64,000 bases of DNA from Patescibacteria group bacterium (GTDB lineage: Bacteria > Patescibacteriota > Microgenomatia > Levybacterales > UBA12049), in NCBI GenBank assembly GCA_038062115.1, contig JBBTXS010000001.1, positions 10,607 through 74,606 on the forward strand, given 5' to 3'. Shown piece by piece: positions 33,414-43,366 of the stretch. A model generated the notes under the pieces. The model had not been told where the DNA came from and did no database searches. It was given only the letters and a program-made list of their open reading frames with translations. The position numbers and the translations under genes are program-made. The number at the start of each line of letters is the position of its first letter. The stretch's first letter is position 1.

Positions 33414-34295
33414 ATGGAGAAAGTATTAATTATAGGTGGTTGTGGGTATATTGGCAGTAGGTTATTCCAATACTTAAGTGAAAAAAAATATAGCGTAGAT
33501 ACAGTTGACACAGAATGGTTTGGAAATTTTGTCAATCCTAAAAATATAAAATGTAATTATAATACATTGAGTAAAAAATTTTTAAATTCTTATGGCGTTA
33601 TAATTCTTCTCGCAGGCCATTCTAGTGTACAGATGTGTAAAGATAATATGTTTGCATCATTTAAGAATAACGTTAACAACTTTATAAATTTACTAAGTAA
33701 GTTATCAGACCAGCTATTTATTTATGCAAGCTCCTCAAGTGTTTACGGCAACACCAAAAATATTAGCGCTAAAGAAGATTACGAGAGATACATACCAACA
33801 AATTATTATGACCTAACAAAAAAAACGATCGATTATTATGCGCATCTTAGCAAAATTTCTTATTATGGGTTAAGACTTGGTACAGTTAATGGTTTTTCTC
33901 CAAATTTAAGAGTAGATTTGATGATTAACAAAATGTATGAAGCCGCTCGGAATACAGGAAAGATTAAAATTATTAATGCTAATACTCACAGGCCAATTTT
34001 AGGAATGATTGATCTTTGTCGGGCAATCTCTCAAATTATTCGCATGAAAGATAAACCCGGAATATATAACCTTGCAAGCTTTAATATGACTGTTAAAGAA
34101 ATTAGTTACTATGTAAAAAAAACTGTTGGGAAAGTAGGGATAATTGAAGGGAAAGGGCAAGCAGGCTATAATTTCTCAATTAACACAAATAAATTTAAAA
34201 ACACTTTTAATTTTAAGTTTCTAGATGATGTAGAAAGTATAATTGCTTCTCTTAAAATAGGGTATAAAAAAGCATACAAGTCGATACGCTTCTAA
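33414..34295 (+). CDS. NAD-dependent sugar epimerase/dehydratase (extended SDR)
   Basis: IIGGCGYIGS is the Rossmann motif, and ASSSSVYG and YYDLTKK (YxxxK) are present. Confidence 0.75.
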   Translation: MEKVLIIGGCGYIGSRLFQYLSEKKYSVDTVDTEWFGNFVNPKNIKCNYNTLSKKFLNSYGVIILLAGHSSVQMCKDNMFASFKNNVNNFINLLSKLSDQLFIYASSSSVYGNTKNISAKEDYERYIPTNYYDLTKKTIDYYAHLSKISYYGLRLGTVNGFSPNLRVDLMINKMYEAARNTGKIKIINANTHRPILGMIDLCRAISQIIRMKDKPGIYNLASFNMTVKEISYYVKKTVGKVGIIEGKGQAGYNFSINTNKFKNTFNFKFLDDVESIIASLKIGYKKAYKSIRF

Positions 34296-34298
34296 GTT

Positions 34299-35510
34299 AT
34301 GAAGAATAGAGAAACCTGCAGATGTTGTAACGAAAACAATTTATTTCCTTATCTTAATTTAGGCTTGCAACCTCTTGCTAATAGTTATCATAAAGGTGAG
34401 AACTTAAAAAAATATCAACTAAAAGTAATGCTATGTGAAAATTGTTTCCATAGTCAATTAAGCGTTGTAGTTGAAAGAGACTTAATGTTTAAAAACTACC
34501 TATATGTTAGCGGTACTACAGAAACTTTTCGAAATCACTTAAAGCAGTTAGCCGAAGATGCTGTATCAAGAGTTGGTGAGAAATTAAACTTAGATGTATT
34601 AGATATTGCATGTAATGACGCAACTTTACTTGAGTATTTTAAAAAGCTAGGTTGTTATATACAAGGTGTTGATCCAGCAGAGAATTTACAGCTAATTACA
34701 AAAAAAAAGAAAATTCCGGTTGAGGTTAATTACTGGACTCAAAATCTTGCGAGAAAACTAAGAAAAAAGTTCGATATCATTACTGGTACCAATGTATTTG
34801 CACACGTTGACGACTTAGACGAATTCTTAAAGGCGTGTAAAATTGCCTTAAAACCCAATGGATTGCTGATATTGGAATTTCCTTATTGTAATATGATGAT
34901 TGAAAATAATGAATTTGACACGGTTTATCATGAGCATCTTTCGTATTTTCTAGTGAATTCATTCAAAACTCTTATAGAAAGAATGAACTTTCATATTATA
35001 GATTTATTACAAACACCCATTCACGGGGGAAGCATTCGTTTTTTTCTAAAAGATGGAAATGGCGAGCATTCTAATAAGGTTTATAGGATTATCAAACTAG
35101 AAAAAGCTAAAGATCTTTTAGATAAAGCAGCATATAAAATTTTTTCAAACCGTATTCATAGAAATAAAAAAGATTTAAAAAATTTAGTTAAAAAATTAAA
35201 AGAAAAAAAGCAAAAAATGATTGGGTATGGAGCGTCTGCAAAGGGAAATACTATGCTTAACTACTTCAAACTAGACCTAGATTATGTAGTAGATGATAAT
35301 CCATTGAAATGGGGGTATTTTACTCCGGGAAGAAATATACCTATTCGAAACCCAAATGATATGAAATTGGAAAAAAATGGATTGAATATTGTAATTTTAT
35401 CATGGAATTTTTCCAAAGAAATATTAACAAAAATAGCTAACATTCGGGGGGAAAATAGAAGTGACAGATATATTTTGTATATTCCAACTGTGCAGATTAA
35501 ATCAGTATGA
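34299..35510 (+). CDS. NDP-sugar C-methyltransferase, TcaB9/TylCIII-like (paralogue 1)
   Basis: The N-terminal 4-Cys motif is CRCC...CENC, with SAM motif VLDIACNDATLL. The ~400 aa three-domain layout includes YGASAKGNT in the C-terminal domain. Confidence 0.7.
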   Translation: MKNRETCRCCNENNLFPYLNLGLQPLANSYHKGENLKKYQLKVMLCENCFHSQLSVVVERDLMFKNYLYVSGTTETFRNHLKQLAEDAVSRVGEKLNLDVLDIACNDATLLEYFKKLGCYIQGVDPAENLQLITKKKKIPVEVNYWTQNLARKLRKKFDIITGTNVFAHVDDLDEFLKACKIALKPNGLLILEFPYCNMMIENNEFDTVYHEHLSYFLVNSFKTLIERMNFHIIDLLQTPIHGGSIRFFLKDGNGEHSNKVYRIIKLEKAKDLLDKAAYKIFSNRIHRNKKDLKNLVKKLKEKKQKMIGYGASAKGNTMLNYFKLDLDYVVDDNPLKWGYFTPGRNIPIRNPNDMKLEKNGLNIVILSWNFSKEILTKIANIRGENRSDRYILYIPTVQIKSV

Positions 35511-36367
35511 TATACGATTGTTTTAATTTTTTTGACGAGTTTGACTTACTTGATATTCGACTTAATACTCTTGATAAAGTAGTTGACGCATTCGTTTTAG
35601 TAGAAGCAACAGTTACTTTTACTAATAAAAAAAAGCCTTTATATTATAGGGAAAATAAAGACAGATTTAAAAAATTCAATAGTAAAATTATTCATGTTGT
35701 AATAGAGGATAGTCCAAATGTATGGAATCCGTGGATTATCGAAAACCATCAATTAAGCTGTGTAACAAGAGGGTTAAAGCGAGCAAAACCTACTGATACA
35801 ATTCTTATATCATGCGTAGACGAAATTCCAAAACCTGAAAAAATTCTTGAGTGGAGAAAGAAACATGGAAAATATAAAGTTTTCTTAGAGCGCATGAGTT
35901 ATTATTATCTTAATTTCGTAAATTACAATGGAGAGCCGTGGCTTGGAACGCAAATGTATACATATAAAGATTTATTAACCTACAAAAGTCCTTATATAGC
36001 GCGCTTCACGCCTCCAGACGTAAGAATACGAGATGGAGGATGGCATTTTTCTTATATGGGGGGCATAAAGCAGATTCAAAAAAAATTGGCCTCTTTTTCT
36101 CATCAAGAATATAATAACAAAAATTATAATACGGAAGATAAAATTCTTAAGGCAATTTTGGAGAGAAGGGATTTTTTACCGACAAAATTACGTTTTAAGG
36201 TTATGGACGATCATTTACTACCTTCGTATGTTGTAGAAAATAAAGAAAAATTTTCTAAGATGCTTATAAATCCATCAAAGCTTTACTCTTATAGAAATTT
36301 ACAAATGTTAAATTTTTACAGAATAAAAAATCTTCTAAGGACAGTAAAGCACAAAATTTACCACTAA
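35507..36367 (+). CDS. Glycosyltransferase family 17-like (GnT-III-like)
   Basis: MIYDCFNFFDEFDLLDIRLNTLDKVVDAFVLVEATVTFTNKKKPLYY matches the conserved N-terminus of bacterial GT17 homologues. Confidence 0.7.
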   Translation: MIYDCFNFFDEFDLLDIRLNTLDKVVDAFVLVEATVTFTNKKKPLYYRENKDRFKKFNSKIIHVVIEDSPNVWNPWIIENHQLSCVTRGLKRAKPTDTILISCVDEIPKPEKILEWRKKHGKYKVFLERMSYYYLNFVNYNGEPWLGTQMYTYKDLLTYKSPYIARFTPPDVRIRDGGWHFSYMGGIKQIQKKLASFSHQEYNNKNYNTEDKILKAILERRDFLPTKLRFKVMDDHLLPSYVVENKEKFSKMLINPSKLYSYRNLQMLNFYRIKNLLRTVKHKIYH

Positions 36368-36391
36368 ATATCCATAGCGATAAATTATATT

Positions 36392-37867
36392 ATGCATGAA
36401 AAGTATAAAACAGACATCTTCTCACTTAAATTAAAAACATTTCGTGGAATAAGCCTACTTATTGCAAGAGAATTCTTTATAAAGGCATTAGCAACCATTG
36501 GACAGATTATTTTGGTTCGATTTCTTGCTCCTGAGTATTTTGGAATATTTGCTATCATAACTTTTATTATAAGTTTTTTTGAGCTATTTACGGATATTAG
36601 TTTTAATCAAGCAATAATTCGGAAAAAGGATAAACCTGATTATCTTGCGCTTTCCACAATTTTTTTTGTTAGAGAGATACTTACTATACTATCGGTAGTA
36701 ATTTTATTTATATTTGCATCGTATATAGTTAGTTTTTTTTCTAGTTTTTCTACAAATGAAGTTTTAATGATTCGTGTATTTTCTCTTACCTTACTCTTAA
36801 AGCCTCTTCGCAGTATTATTATTTCTATTCTTGAGAGAGAGCTTAGATACGATATAATCCCAAGAATCGATATAATAGGAGTTTTGGTTTACTATATAGC
36901 TGTTATCTTTTTTTCAATTAATCATTTTTATGCATGGAGTTTTATATGGGCAGTATTTATTAAAGAAGTTGTTGAGTCTGCTGTTGCCTTTTGTTATCAT
37001 CCTTGGTTTCCAAGGTTTAGTTTTAGATTTTCAAGCATTAAGGATATGATCAAATATGGTTCGTATCTTCAGCTAGGAACAGTTATTAGTTTTATTCACA
37101 AATCAATAATTCCAGTCATCGCTGGAAATCGTACTAGTCCTTATGAGGTAGGACTTCTTGATTGGAGTATGAATATTGCTTCGATTCCACGGTCAATTAC
37201 TGATAATTATGGAAGAGTTTCTTTTGCTGCGTTCTCAAGGATTCAAAGCAATAGGAGATTATTGTCGATGGCAATTGAGAAGTCTTTTGGCATAATAAGC
37301 GTTATATGCATATTTTTTAGTCTAATAACATTGGGGTTTGGACGAGAACTTATTCAATATATTTTGACTAATAAGTGGTTGCCAGCTCTTCCTGCACTAA
37401 ATTGGTTTATTGGAAGTATTATTTTTATTGGAGGAACTGCGTCGTTTGGACAAGCACTTATTGCTATAGGAAAGACGAAAGAAATACTTATTGTATCAAC
37501 TATCGTCGTAATTGCTGAATGGTTTCTTTCATACACATTCCTTAGTATTTGGAATTTTACAGGCATTGCAATGGCCTCTTTTATTGGGTCTTTGGCGCTT
37601 TTTGTGTTATATATATTTCTGGGAAGAAAGAATGGATTGTCTGTAAATCTTAAAAACACTTTTATATATAAAAGTGTTCTATTTTGCTTAATGATATTAT
37701 TAATTACTTTAATAAATTATTTATTACACGGTTCCCTTTTATTTTTGATATTAAAATTAATTTTAGTAAGTACAGCTTATCTTTTATTTTCTTACCTTCT
37801 TTGTAGAAATGAAGTAATAGAGATTTTTATTTTAATCAAACAAACCCTAAAATTTATAAAGAAATGA
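36392..37867 (+). CDS. Wzx-like polysaccharide flippase (MOP superfamily)
   Basis: The protein has ~12-14 TM helices and an N-terminal pattern typical of polysaccharide biosynthesis (PST) proteins, and it lies in a glycan locus. Confidence 0.65.
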   Translation: MHEKYKTDIFSLKLKTFRGISLLIAREFFIKALATIGQIILVRFLAPEYFGIFAIITFIISFFELFTDISFNQAIIRKKDKPDYLALSTIFFVREILTILSVVILFIFASYIVSFFSSFSTNEVLMIRVFSLTLLLKPLRSIIISILERELRYDIIPRIDIIGVLVYYIAVIFFSINHFYAWSFIWAVFIKEVVESAVAFCYHPWFPRFSFRFSSIKDMIKYGSYLQLGTVISFIHKSIIPVIAGNRTSPYEVGLLDWSMNIASIPRSITDNYGRVSFAAFSRIQSNRRLLSMAIEKSFGIISVICIFFSLITLGFGRELIQYILTNKWLPALPALNWFIGSIIFIGGTASFGQALIAIGKTKEILIVSTIVVIAEWFLSYTFLSIWNFTGIAMASFIGSLALFVLYIFLGRKNGLSVNLKNTFIYKSVLFCLMILLITLINYLLHGSLLFLILKLILVSTAYLLFSYLLCRNEVIEIFILIKQTLKFIKK

Positions 37868-37885
37868 GCTTAAATATTAAAAAAT

Positions 37886-38800
37886 ATGGGATATGCTGTT
37901 TTTAAAAAAATAAAATTGTCAACAATTATACTTAATTGGAATGGAAAGGATAGGACGCTAAAATGTTTAAATTCATTAATGTCAATAAAAAAGGATAGTT
38001 TTGAGAACTATATAATGGTTGTTGATAATAACTCTTTCGATGGTTCTGTTAAAGTATTTAAAAAGTTTTATCCATCAATTAATCTGATTAGAAATGAAAA
38101 AAATTTAGGTTGGGCTGGAGGAAATAACGTTGGAGTTAGGTATGCGCTCAAAAGTGGAGCTGATTGCATTTTTATTTTAAATAACGATGCTGTAGTTAAA
38201 AAAGATTCAATCGAAAAATTGTTAGACGTGCTTTACTCAAAAAAAGAAATTGGAATAGTAGGGCCCAAAATGTACTATTCTCCAAATAAAAAAATAATTG
38301 CTGATGCTGGTGGGATAATTAAACAACATAGATTTTTTGGTATAAATAGAGGAAATGGAGAGACAGATGAGGGTCAATACGATGTTATTGAGAAGGTAGG
38401 TTTTGTTTCGGGAGCAGCAATGTTGGTAAAAAATCAAGTTTTTAAAAAAATTGGTTTATTTGATGAAAGTTATTTTCTATATTATGAAGATGTAGATTTT
38501 TGTTTTAGAGGCAGAAAGGCGGGTTATTTGTCGGTTTTTGTTCCTAATTCTATTGTGTATCATAAATTTGGAGCAACAAGCAAGATTGGATCCCCCCTGC
38601 ATAATTATTACACTACCCGCAATCACTATATCTTTGTTGAAAAATATGCACCATTAAAAGAAAAAATGAGAGAACTGTTTAGGACGCCTAAGACCATTAC
38701 AGAATTTTTTTTGTCCAAAGATGAAGTCAGAAAAAAATATTCTATACTGGGCGTTAGAGATTACTTTCTGAGGAGATTCGGTGAAAAAAGATATTGGTAA
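37886..38800 (+). CDS. Glycosyltransferase family 2
   Basis: STIILNWNG, VVDNNSFDGS, NLGWAGGNN, LNNDA and YYEDVDFCFR are present. Confidence 0.85.
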   Translation: MGYAVFKKIKLSTIILNWNGKDRTLKCLNSLMSIKKDSFENYIMVVDNNSFDGSVKVFKKFYPSINLIRNEKNLGWAGGNNVGVRYALKSGADCIFILNNDAVVKKDSIEKLLDVLYSKKEIGIVGPKMYYSPNKKIIADAGGIIKQHRFFGINRGNGETDEGQYDVIEKVGFVSGAAMLVKNQVFKKIGLFDESYFLYYEDVDFCFRGRKAGYLSVFVPNSIVYHKFGATSKIGSPLHNYYTTRNHYIFVEKYAPLKEKMRELFRTPKTITEFFLSKDEVRKKYSILGVRDYFLRRFGEKRYW

Positions 38801-38814
38801 TTTAGATAAGATAT

Positions 38815-39897
38815 ATGAAAATTGCAGTTTTTCATGAATTAAATCAAGGAGGAGCTAGACGTACAGTAAATGAGTTTACAAAAAGATTAAGAGAAAAGCA
38901 TATTGTTGATCTTTATATAGTTGATTCAGAAAAAAATCTTGAAGAATTACCTTTTTTTACTAACATTTTCTTCTATAAATTTGTTCCGAAAAAATGGCAC
39001 GGCGGAGATTGGAAGATCAGGTTATACAAGGATACTGTTGAAGTTCTTAAGCTCTATATTCTGCATAGAAAAATTGCTAGGATAATTAATAATAATAAAT
39101 ACGAAGTTGCGTTTATTCATCCATCAAAGTATACCCAGTCACCTTTTGTTCTACAATTTTTAAAGCCTTTTTCGATCTACTACTGTCAAGAACCACTTAG
39201 AATAGCATATGAGGATATCTTTAAACAAAAAAAAACAGATATTTTCCGTTATTGGTATGAAAAAGCTAATCGATCGCTTAGGATGAAGATTGATGCTTTT
39301 AATATAAGAGGCGTAGATAAAATTCTTGTTAACTCAGAGTTTTCCAAAAGAAATATTGCAAATGCCTATGAAAAAGAAAGCGAGGTTTGTTATCTTGGAG
39401 TAGATACCGGCTTTTTTAAACCATGTATGGGTAAAAAGGATACAGATATTCTTTTTGTGGGCAGCGATGATGATATTGATGGATATCCACTTCTTGAAAA
39501 AGTCGTAAAGCATATGAACTTAAAACCTAAAATTAAAGTCATTAATAGTAAAGCTTGGGCTTCGGAAGCTGCTCTTTTAGATGCATATCAAAGAGCAAGA
39601 ATTGTCGTCTGTTTTGCGCATAATGAGCCGTTTGGTTTGATTCCGCTTGAGGCAGCTTCATGCGGGTCTGTAGCAGTTGTAGTTGATGAGGGAGGGTATA
39701 AAGAATCAATAATTGACGGAAAAACAGGATTTTTGGTTTCCCGTAACCCAATAGAGATTGCTAAAAAACTGGACTGGTTACTTTCAAATTTAGACAAAGT
39801 TTCTACAATTAGTAAAATTGCAAGAGAAAATGTTGTTAAAAATTGGACATGGGACAAAAGCGTACAAACACTATGGGATATCTTAAGCAAACAGTAA
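38815..39897 (+). CDS. Glycosyltransferase, GT-B fold (GT4-like)
   Basis: The C-terminal EX7E-type block is EPFGLIPLEAASCGSVAVVVDEGG. Confidence 0.8.
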   Translation: MKIAVFHELNQGGARRTVNEFTKRLREKHIVDLYIVDSEKNLEELPFFTNIFFYKFVPKKWHGGDWKIRLYKDTVEVLKLYILHRKIARIINNNKYEVAFIHPSKYTQSPFVLQFLKPFSIYYCQEPLRIAYEDIFKQKKTDIFRYWYEKANRSLRMKIDAFNIRGVDKILVNSEFSKRNIANAYEKESEVCYLGVDTGFFKPCMGKKDTDILFVGSDDDIDGYPLLEKVVKHMNLKPKIKVINSKAWASEAALLDAYQRARIVVCFAHNEPFGLIPLEAASCGSVAVVVDEGGYKESIIDGKTGFLVSRNPIEIAKKLDWLLSNLDKVSTISKIARENVVKNWTWDKSVQTLWDILSKQ

Positions 39898-41108
39898 TTA
39901 ATGTTTCATGGGCGGGCATACTCAGAGCAAGTACAAGGATAATTACTTTTATTAGAATCATTGTTCTTGCAAGAATTCTTACCCCATCGCAGTTTGGAGT
40001 ATTTGGTATTGCCTCACTTGTCTTATCTTTCCTTGAGATTTTAACAGAGACTGGAATTAATGTTTTTTTAATACAGGAAAAAAAAGCTATTAAATATTAT
40101 ATTAATGACGCATGGCTTGTCTCTATTTTAAGAGGTATACTTATTTCTGTTTTTATTATTGGATCATCCCCTTTTATTATTAAGTTTTTTAATTCTGCCG
40201 ATGCGCAAAGATTGCTATTGTTGATTAGCGTTGTTCCCTTGGTAAGAGGTTTTATAAATCCAGCGATCGTAAGATATCAAAAAGAACTACTTTTTAATAA
40301 AGACTTTTTTTTAAGATTGGCAGTTTTTGGATTTGATTCTATAGTTGCTGTTATTCTTGCTATTGTTACAAGGGACGCGTCAAGTTTTGTATGGGGATTA
40401 ATAGCTGGAGCTTTCCTTGAAGTTTCGATTTCTTTTGTATTTATAAAACCTACGCCAGCAATTTCTTTTCAAAAAAATAATATCAAAAAAATAATAAGCC
40501 GGGGAAAGTGGGTAACACTTTTTGTGATCTTTAATTACATCGCCCAAGAAGGAGACAATGTTGTTGTTGGCAAAATTTTAGGAACTGGCTCTTTAGGGAT
40601 ATATCAGATGGGTTATAAGATATCAACGTTGCCGATTAGTGAAATTTCCGATGTCGTAAACAAAGTTATCTTTCCAGTATATTCTAAAATTGCTTCGGAC
40701 AAGATTAGATTAAGAAAAGCATTCTTAAAGACTATGCTTATAGTTATTCTTTTAGTTTTATTACTTGGATTCTTAATATTTTTATTGCCAAATAGTTTAA
40801 TGATTTATGTTTTAGGTGCAAATTGGGTTGACGTTGCTTCAATTTTGAAAATTCTTGTATTTTACGGAATTTTTAGGGCGATTGTAGGGACAACAGCGTC
40901 TTTATTTTTGGCTTTGGGAAAGCAAAATTACTTTGCAACAATGACTTTTTTAAGACTGCTTGTTTTAGCAATTACAATTATCCCATTAACACTATTATAT
41001 GGAATTGTGGGAGCGAGTTTTTCGGCACTACTATCTGTAATTATTGAATTGCCGTTGACAGTGTACTTGCTTTTTCTTGTTTTTGGTAAGAAAAGTAATT
41101 TTAAATGA
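39873..41108 (+). CDS. Wzx-like polysaccharide flippase (second copy)
   Basis: A polytopic protein with a PST-family-like N-terminus (VINVSWAGILRASTRIITFIRIIVLARIL). The start is set at ATG 39873 (the ORF track gives 39843). Confidence 0.65.
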   Translation: MGYLKQTVINVSWAGILRASTRIITFIRIIVLARILTPSQFGVFGIASLVLSFLEILTETGINVFLIQEKKAIKYYINDAWLVSILRGILISVFIIGSSPFIIKFFNSADAQRLLLLISVVPLVRGFINPAIVRYQKELLFNKDFFLRLAVFGFDSIVAVILAIVTRDASSFVWGLIAGAFLEVSISFVFIKPTPAISFQKNNIKKIISRGKWVTLFVIFNYIAQEGDNVVVGKILGTGSLGIYQMGYKISTLPISEISDVVNKVIFPVYSKIASDKIRLRKAFLKTMLIVILLVLLLGFLIFLLPNSLMIYVLGANWVDVASILKILVFYGIFRAIVGTTASLFLALGKQNYFATMTFLRLLVLAITIIPLTLLYGIVGASFSALLSVIIELPLTVYLLFLVFGKKSNFK

Positions 41109-43366
41109 AGCTGAAGAATTCAGAAAAAATAAAACTTTCTATAATTATTGTTCATTATAGAGTTAAAAATGATTTATTTAATTGCATTGACTCTATAAAT
41201 AAATCGAATCCCAATGTTTCCTACGAAGTGATTGTAGTAGATAATGATGAGCAAAAGACCATTGAAAAAGAATTAAAGAAAAAATTTCCTAAAGTTAAAT
41301 ATATAAAAAGTCCTGGAAATATTGGATTTGGAGCAGGAAATAATTTGGGAGCAAGATATGCAGAGGGCTCATGCTTCTTCTTTTTAAATCCCGATACAAT
41401 AGTTTCTACTAAAGCAATAGATGCATTATTCAAGTTCATTCATAATAAAAAAAATGTAGGCGTAGTTGCTCCTTTACTATATGATATGGGTAACAAAGTT
41501 TATTCGCAACAAGGGTCAAGATCATTAGGGGTTTTAGAGGGAATCGTTGTGTTATCTTTTTTAAATAAGCTATTTCCAAATAACTATATTTCTAAAAAAT
41601 ATTTACTAGCTTCCTGGAATAAGATAAATACGCAAGAGGTAGATGTAGTTCCTGGTACAGCCTTTATGATAAAAAAGAGAATTTTTGAAAAGGTTGGGGG
41701 ATTTGAAGAAAAATTATTTCTTTATTTTGAAGAATTTGATATTTGCAACAGAGTCAAAAATCTTGGATACAATATATATATCGTGACAGATGCAAAGGTA
41801 AAACATTTATGGGGGGTAAGTACAAAGAAAGCTAATTTTGATATAAAAAAGATTTTTGAAAAGAGCAGATTTTATTATTTTAGGAAACATTATGGATTAG
41901 TTTCAGCTTATCTTGTAGAAGTCTTTACTCGTTTAAATAAAACACATTTATTATTGGGTTTTATATTAACATTTGGGGCTTTTTTACGACTCTATAGATT
42001 ACAAGAACTTATGCCTTTTATTGGAGATCAGGGATGGTTTTATCTGTCTGCACGCGACATGATTTTAACAGGCAATATACCACTTGTTGGAATTACGTCA
42101 AGTCATGTGTGGCTCCATCAAGGTCCTTTATGGACATACATACTGAGCCTAATGCTTAGTCTATTTAATTTTAATCCAATAAGCGGAGTATATCTCACGG
42201 TATTTTTAGGAATAATTACAATTTTAGTTATCTATATATCTTGTTCTGACATGTTTTCAAAAAAAGTAGGTATTATTGCGGCAAGTTTTTATGCAATGTC
42301 ACCTTTAACTATTATGCACTCACGCTTTGCTTATCATACAAGTCCTATTCCTCTATTTACTATTTTGTTTATTTTATTTTTATATAAGTGGGTAAGCGGA
42401 AAAAGTATTTATTTTCCATTAATTATTTTTACCTTAGCAATTCTTTACAATTTAGAGCTTGCTACAGCTTCATTGTGGTTTGTGCTGATAAGTATTTTAA
42501 TCTATGGTTTTTGGAAAAAAAAACCGTGGTTAAAAAATACATACAAAAAAAACATAATTCTTCTTTCAATTGTTAGTTTTATTATTCCTATGCTTCCAGT
42601 AATTGTATATGATATTAACCATAGATTTCCTCAAACAGTAGGTTTTGCGGTATGGATTGTTTATAAAGTCTTTAAATTTGTAATTCATTTCGGACAATTA
42701 TCTGTTTTAAACAACAATGGTAGTTTACTCCTATCGTTTTTTTATAACAATATTCAAAGACTGTTATTTTTACCAGACGGAAGAGTCGCTGTGTTATTAT
42801 TTATAACTTCGTTGTCTTATTTTTTTTACTCTTTATATCAGATGCATAAGAACAAAAAATATAATATTGGCCACATAATCATAGCAAACATTTTTATAAT
42901 TTCTGGAATTGGTTTATTTATTAATCAAACACCATCAGAGGCATATTTACCAATGTTCTTTCCTTTAGTAATAATTATACAAGCTTTATTAATGTTCAAC
43001 GTATTAAACAAGAAGCATTTTTCATATGCAGGTATTTTGCTATTTATACTTATTGCGTTTATTAACAGTTATTCAATAATTAACAATGGATATAGCTATA
43101 TAAGAAAGGAGAAAAATATAACATTTACCGATAGATTGAACGCTTCACATGAGATAATTAGTTATTCTAAGGGTAATAAGTATAACTTAATAGGCAAAGG
43201 GTGGTTAAGCGAGTTTGATAGTTATACTATGAATTACCAATACTTGACTTGGTGGATGGGAAACGCGCCAGCAAAAGAGAATAGCGAGATTAAAATTTTT
43301 GTTACAGAAGAAAAAGGTAAGATAATAATCGAGAAGAAAACAATAAAAGTAAATAATTTTTTATGA
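41105..43366 (+). CDS. Fusion protein: GT2 (GT-A) domain plus ArnT/PMT-like polytopic membrane domain
   Basis: LSIIIVHYRVKN, VVDNDE, NIGFGAGNN, LNPDT and YFEEFDICNR are followed by ~470 aa of TM helices. Confidence 0.75.
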   Translation: MKLKNSEKIKLSIIIVHYRVKNDLFNCIDSINKSNPNVSYEVIVVDNDEQKTIEKELKKKFPKVKYIKSPGNIGFGAGNNLGARYAEGSCFFFLNPDTIVSTKAIDALFKFIHNKKNVGVVAPLLYDMGNKVYSQQGSRSLGVLEGIVVLSFLNKLFPNNYISKKYLLASWNKINTQEVDVVPGTAFMIKKRIFEKVGGFEEKLFLYFEEFDICNRVKNLGYNIYIVTDAKVKHLWGVSTKKANFDIKKIFEKSRFYYFRKHYGLVSAYLVEVFTRLNKTHLLLGFILTFGAFLRLYRLQELMPFIGDQGWFYLSARDMILTGNIPLVGITSSHVWLHQGPLWTYILSLMLSLFNFNPISGVYLTVFLGIITILVIYISCSDMFSKKVGIIAASFYAMSPLTIMHSRFAYHTSPIPLFTILFILFLYKWVSGKSIYFPLIIFTLAILYNLELATASLWFVLISILIYGFWKKKPWLKNTYKKNIILLSIVSFIIPMLPVIVYDINHRFPQTVGFAVWIVYKVFKFVIHFGQLSVLNNNGSLLLSFFYNNIQRLLFLPDGRVAVLLFITSLSYFFYSLYQMHKNKKYNIGHIIIANIFIISGIGLFINQTPSEAYLPMFFPLVIIIQALLMFNVLNKKHFSYAGILLFILIAFINSYSIINNGYSYIRKEKNITFTDRLNASHEIISYSKGNKYNLIGKGWLSEFDSYTMNYQYLTWWMGNAPAKENSEIKIFVTEEKGKIIIEKKTIKVNNFL

